Part shown: piece by piece, positions 59,833 to 64,000 of the stretch | Layout of the letters: every line of letters begins with the position of its first letter | Numbering within the stretch: position 1 is the first letter of the stretch | NCBI GenBank assembly: GCA_037310415.1 | Contig: CP147780.1 | Span: 2,432,001 to 2,496,000 of the forward strand | Source of the DNA: Candidatus Atabeyarchaeum deiterrae | GTDB lineage: Archaea > Asgardarchaeota > Atabeyarchaeia > Atabeyarchaeales > Atabeyarchaeaceae | DNA: 64,000 nucleotides | Direction of reading: 5' to 3' | Program-made: the position numbers and the translations under genes | Notes under the pieces: generated by a model | The model's input: only the letters and a program-made list of their open reading frames with translations | What the model was told of the DNA's origin: nothing | Database searches by the model: none

Positions 59833-60815
59833 TTTGGATCCCTCTTATCAGATGACTGCGACTCGTACCAGCGTATGGTCTTCTGCAGTCCGGTTTCAAA
59901 GTCGGTCTTTGGCGAGTAACCTATTAGTTTCTTTGCCAATGAGATATCTCCTTTGTGTCTTCTGACATCTCCTGGCCTCTCTTCTCCGTGGATAATTTCT
60001 CCATCGTAGTTTGTGAGTTTGACAATCAAGTTGATGATATCCTTTATACGGATTTCTTTCCCACTTGCAATGTTTATGGTTTTGCCTCTTGTCGAAGAGA
60101 TTTCATATATGCTAGCGATCGCCTCAGCCGTATCTTCAACGTATGTGTAATCCCGCGTCTGAAGACCATCACCATGGATAATTGGAGGTTGCCCAGACAG
60201 GATTCTACAAATGGTGATCGGGATGACGGCAGCGTAGGAACCTTCGTTCTGACGAGGACCGTATGCATTAAATGGTCTTGCTATCGCTATGTCAAGATTG
60301 TATGTTCTGTAGTATGACATAGCGATGTGATCGCACGCAATCTTGCTGGCGGCATAAGGAGTTAGTGGGAAGGTGGGATGCTTCTCATCCATTGGAACGT
60401 ATAAAGCGCTGCCATATGCTTCTGACGATGAGCAGTGAACAAGAGAAGCACATAACTTATTTCGTAGGAGTTCGCATACGGTTGAAGTGATTGATATGTT
60501 CTTGTCTATTGTTTCTTTAGGCGCTTCTAGAGATTTTGGCAGCGGAATTACCGCTAGATTAAACACAACTTCCACGTGATTTTTCTCGAAGAGATTTGCC
60601 ATCTCAGAGTAGTTGGAAGCATCCAACCTGTGTATCTCAACGATAGGGTTTTTCGCTAATTGCTCGATATTTCTCATTTTGCCAAGAGAGAAATCGTCAA
60701 TTATCAGGAGCTTGCTGGGTTCAAAAGCAATCAACTTGTCACACAGGTGACTTCCTATGAAGCCTGCGCCTCCTGTGACTACAACTACTTTACCCGATAC
60801 TTTGTTGGTTTTCAT
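59829..60815 (-). CDS. NAD-dependent nucleotide-sugar dehydratase/epimerase
   Basis: TGGAGFIGSH, SSSEAYG, PYAASK and RPFNAYGPRQ motifs. 4-nt overlap with the DegT gene. Confidence 0.94.
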   Translation of the reverse strand: MKTNKVSGKVVVVTGGAGFIGSHLCDKLIAFEPSKLLIIDDFSLGKMRNIEQLAKNPIVEIHRLDASNYSEMANLFEKNHVEVVFNLAVIPLPKSLEAPKETIDKNISITSTVCELLRNKLCASLVHCSSSEAYGSALYVPMDEKHPTFPLTPYAASKIACDHIAMSYYRTYNLDIAIARPFNAYGPRQNEGSYAAVIPITICRILSGQPPIIHGDGLQTRDYTYVEDTAEAIASIYEISSTRGKTINIASGKEIRIKDIINLIVKLTNYDGEIIHGEERPGDVRRHKGDISLAKKLIGYSPKTDFETGLQKTIRWYESQSSDKRDPK

Positions 60816-61249
60816 GCTTGCTCCACTATCCTTTCAGGGTTACATGCATGATATCATTATTCAGTCTTGCTTCCAATTTCACATTTAGGCATCTGACTTT
60901 TTTCTACGCGGTTTGTCATTGAATTCATCCAACTTTCTTGTCTCCGATCCTCAATATATTTGTTCGCCAAACACCTAGTTGATGCCTTACTCAGGACTGG
61001 TCCGTGTCATCAATATCGCCAATGGGGAAAAGTGCACTCAATGGTTTGCACGATGATCCGAGGTGACTTTCATCGATTTTAGCTTTCGCATACTTGGATT
61101 TTGTCATCAGATGGTAGCTGAGACAATCTCGTGCGTACCGGCTATTGAATAGGGGAAAGAAGCGAGTCTACAACAAAACTTGGCAATCGCTGGGCAGAGA
61201 GACTCTGCTGATAGGAGACGAGTGTTTGCAACGAGGTCTTTCGTTTATG

Positions 61250-62596
61250 TCAGGACCTTAGTACTCTCGCCTTGAGTTCGTTCTCACTTAGATGGTGACC
61301 ACACATCGGGCAGATTCCCTTGACGTGCAACCATTCTATGATATGATCTTCGTGGGCAGAGTTCCCGCAATATGGGCAACGGACAATTCTGTCTACGGAA
61401 CTCAAACCCAATCCGCACACCATGCAGATCGACCCTGATGGCCTCTGTTTCGTCTCATCCTTCAACGCAGTGACTCCACTATCCACTTGTGGGCTCATTC
61501 CAACCCTCCAAACAGAAGCTGCACTTCGTGCAACTATACCGGTACCATTCGTGATAGTAGTTACGGTAGGCGGAACCTTAAGCCCAGATCCCTCTTCAAG
61601 AGAAGTCGAAACACTATCTCTGGGCTCGACGCGACCTGGGTCACGTTGCTCTCCATCCGCTGCACTTCTTCTTCTCATGTATGCTGGTGCTACAAAAAGC
61701 ATTAGCACTACTACCACGATAATACTCACTGTCACTACATTTGAAGCAGGTATTACGAAGTTACCAGATTGCACCGTCACGGTCATGTTAGTGTCAACTG
61801 GCACAACATGTGTGTCCTGAACAGCTGCGGCGCTACTCGTTGGGCTTACGGACGTTGTATAAGTTGTCGCGCCGGAGTTCAAGGGATTAACGCTCGTCAC
61901 ATGGGATGATGCGCCGCTAAATGGATCCCAGGCAATGCCTCCACCAGCATCCAACTTGACAACCCAAGCATTACCAAAACTAGGACCAAACGAGCATGTC
62001 CATCCTGCCACGATGTACCCCCCATCGGAGGTCTGCTCACATGACGCCGCATTATCGCTGCCGCCACCTCCGTAGGCACTCTGCCAAACCACGCCTCCAA
62101 CGGAATCAAGCTTCAAAACCCAGAAATCATACCAGCCTGCGCCAAATGACCATGTGCTTCCCACTACTATGTAACCGCCGTCCGCTGTCTGCTTGACACC
62201 GTATGCGAAATCGTCGTTAGTCCCTCCATAGGTCTTCTGCCAAACCACACTTCCTGTGGAGTCGAGCTTCAAGACCCAGAAATCACCCATATTATCAACA
62301 GTATTTCCTCCTAAACCAAACGAACCTGTCCATCCTGCTACTATGTAGCCTCCATCAGAGGTCTGCTGAATAGAGTATGGCGTATCTTCCATATCGCTTC
62401 CGTAGGTTTTCGCCCAGTAAGTCATGGTTGCAGGGGAATTCTGTCTAACAGCTGAGTTCTTTGGGCTGGGGGTCTGCTGGCTCGGGTTGCCTAACACCAC
62501 TATTGTCGGCAGGGGAGCTATTATCATGAGTACTGTGATTAGTGTAACAAATCCTCTCTTGGTCGCTCTCGACGATCAACTGTATACAAGCCCCAT
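61250..62596 (-). CDS. Type I membrane protein: signal peptide, 3 beta-propeller blade repeats, S/T-rich stalk, TM, cytoplasmic RING finger (in-frame TGA at 62578-62576; uninterrupted ORF 61250..62527)
   Basis: W.KTYG...QTSDGGYIVAG.T.SFG...DFWVLKLD repeats; TM VVTVSIIVVVVLMLFVAPAYM followed by RRR; RING CMVC-x12-CPYC-x4-HEDH-IIEW-x6-CPMC; SD ggagg 5 nt before ATG 62596. Confidence 0.8.
61945..62420 (-). repeat. Three ~50-aa propeller-blade repeats
   Basis: Repeated QT(S/A)DGGYIV(A/V)G and W(V)(L/V)KLD; DNA repeats such as ccatc(a/g)gaggtctgct and agcttcaa.acccagaaatca. Confidence 0.85.
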
Positions 62597-62758
62597 CCAT
62601 TCCTCCGTCCGCGAATCTTCCTCGTGTTCGTACTTTAATGTCTTTCTCTGCTATTTACGTTTTGCCCGTTCGTGGGCAACTATGTTGTTGTGGCCCGTCA
62701 CCATTTTATCAGGCGCGATTACTTCGTGGTTATTAGTTTATGGTCGTAATTGTCTCTC

Positions 62759-63838
62759 TCATGAAAGAAGAGAACAAGGTGTGCCATATGCTTTGGATGG
62801 CTTAGACGAGAAGCTTGCTCTAGTCCAGAGGCATTTGTATAACTCTATTGTCTGTCTTGCGATGGTTCTAGAATCATGCATTCTTCTTACGTACTTCCTG
62901 CCATCTGCTCCAAGCTTCTTGCGCAGGTCGGGGTTTTCGATTAGCAGTTTGACGTTATCATAAAGATTATCACGATTCGTATTCAGGATTGGCAAACCTG
63001 GATAGCATTTTACAAATGCCTTATCGATGCGACACAGCACAGGCTTCCCCAATGCCATGCACTCGACAGCAAAAACGCCATAGGTCTCCGACAGCAACTG
63101 GTCAATGACAATGTCCGCTTCTCTGTATATTTCCAGTGCTTCTTCATGTGGTTTGTTTTCGACCAGTACAAAATCAATATTATATCCTTCTTCTTTGAGT
63201 CTTCTTATAACTGGTAGTACATACTTCGTCCCTTTTCCCTTTCTATTTGACGGCGCGTGAACTATTCTTATTCTATCATTATTCGTACCACAACCTGCAA
63301 ATCTGTATTTTGTCAGATCAACTGACTTCTCAATAACGAGGCTGTTTGGTACGTAGGGCAACAGTGGATAGTCTCCTACTACCAACGCATTAGCATATTT
63401 GCTGACTGTCCTTATTCTTCTCCTTTTTGCATCATCATTATCTTCTTCAAACTTCTCCTTGGCAAGTCGTGTGTAATTTGCCGCAATGTCCATTTGCCTG
63501 ACTTCAGACCCCCAATAATGCATGACTATTTTCTTTCTGAATAACTTCAGAATAGGTAAATCCAGGTAAAAAGGTAACAAACTGGTGCCAAAGTGGAAAT
63601 GAAATACATCATACTTGGCGAAGCATTTCACAAAATTCGCGATCAATGTGATCGCTTTTATCATAGTCGGCTTTTCATTTAGATTAAGGTTTAGATCATA
63701 TTTGTAATTAAGGGCATGACTGCTGCTGACAATCACTTCACTTCTGACACCCAGTGCTCTCTGCGCTTCTGCTATTGTACTCAGTTGTCCAGCAACTTCA
63801 TGAAGTGCGTGTAGCACTCTCGGGGGTCTGCCTCTCAA
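62759..63838 (-). CDS. GT4-like glycosyltransferase
   Basis: MHYWGSEVR, HAPSNRKGKGT and YGVFAVECMALGKPV motifs. Confidence 0.9.
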   Translation of the reverse strand: MRGRPPRVLHALHEVAGQLSTIAEAQRALGVRSEVIVSSSHALNYKYDLNLNLNEKPTMIKAITLIANFVKCFAKYDVFHFHFGTSLLPFYLDLPILKLFRKKIVMHYWGSEVRQMDIAANYTRLAKEKFEEDNDDAKRRRIRTVSKYANALVVGDYPLLPYVPNSLVIEKSVDLTKYRFAGCGTNNDRIRIVHAPSNRKGKGTKYVLPVIRRLKEEGYNIDFVLVENKPHEEALEIYREADIVIDQLLSETYGVFAVECMALGKPVLCRIDKAFVKCYPGLPILNTNRDNLYDNVKLLIENPDLRKKLGADGRKYVRRMHDSRTIARQTIELYKCLWTRASFSSKPSKAYGTPCSLLS

Positions 63839-64000
63839 TAGTCTGCTACCTCCATAACAACACCCACAGCACTATCACAGTTGTCAGCAACATTAGACCT
63901 ACAAGTGTTGTCTCTAAAGGATTTAGTGATTTCACAAGTCATATCAATTGGGCCATTATCACATACTATGATACTACCACAAAGGGTTTCGTTAGAAGGG

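Noticed and set aside
60920-61110. Short stop-interrupted minus-strand frame as an acetyltransferase remnant
   Set aside because: No convincing hexapeptide or other motif.
62576-62578. TGA as selenocysteine
   Set aside because: It lies in a signal-peptide n-region with no redox motif, and no SECIS was recognised.
1-64000. Overlapping or antisense ORFs in the track (e.g. 3111..3779, 18032..18655, 62424..62963), plus CRISPR, tRNA, rRNA and IS elements
   Set aside because: Shadow ORFs overlap motif-supported genes and lack motifs. No spaced direct repeats, cloverleaf, rRNA or transposase signatures were seen by eye; a tRNAscan-SE/Infernal run would confirm.

Overview
This is an archaeal chromosomal window. 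It has TFB, Sua5, KaiC/RAD55-like and PPC/DUF296 genes, TATA/BRE promoters, GGAGG/GAGGTG SD motifs and very frequent TTG/GTG starts. A longin-like protein and a membrane-anchored RING-finger protein suggest an Asgard lineage (inference, no search run). The left half (1-33.2 kb) mixes metabolism and regulation: TFB 3' part, a longin + 7TM pair, a ThDP enzyme, an ABC exporter, an orphan glycyl-radical enzyme, an unannotated CxxC-x17-CxxC gene behind a switch-like structured leader, RidA, a UroD/MtaA-like enzyme, ArsR with palindromic operators and a small ORF, Sua5, a degenerate KaiC-like ATPase + 7TM module, a triple wHTH/coiled-coil protein, a eukaryote-type UDP-galactopyranose mutase-like flavoprotein and a PNPOx/saccharopine dehydrogenase/FGGY kinase/HAD run. 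The right half (33.3-64 kb) is a mosaic surface-glycan locus: many GT2/GT4 genes, gmd-fcl, two DegT aminotransferases, three further SDR epimerases, methyltransferases, a flippase and two tandem GT-C membrane glycosyltransferases. Embedded in it is a signal peptide-propeller repeat-TM-RING gene resembling a eukaryotic receptor-type E3 ligase, with an in-frame TGA at codon 7. No tRNA, rRNA, CRISPR array or transposase was recognised.
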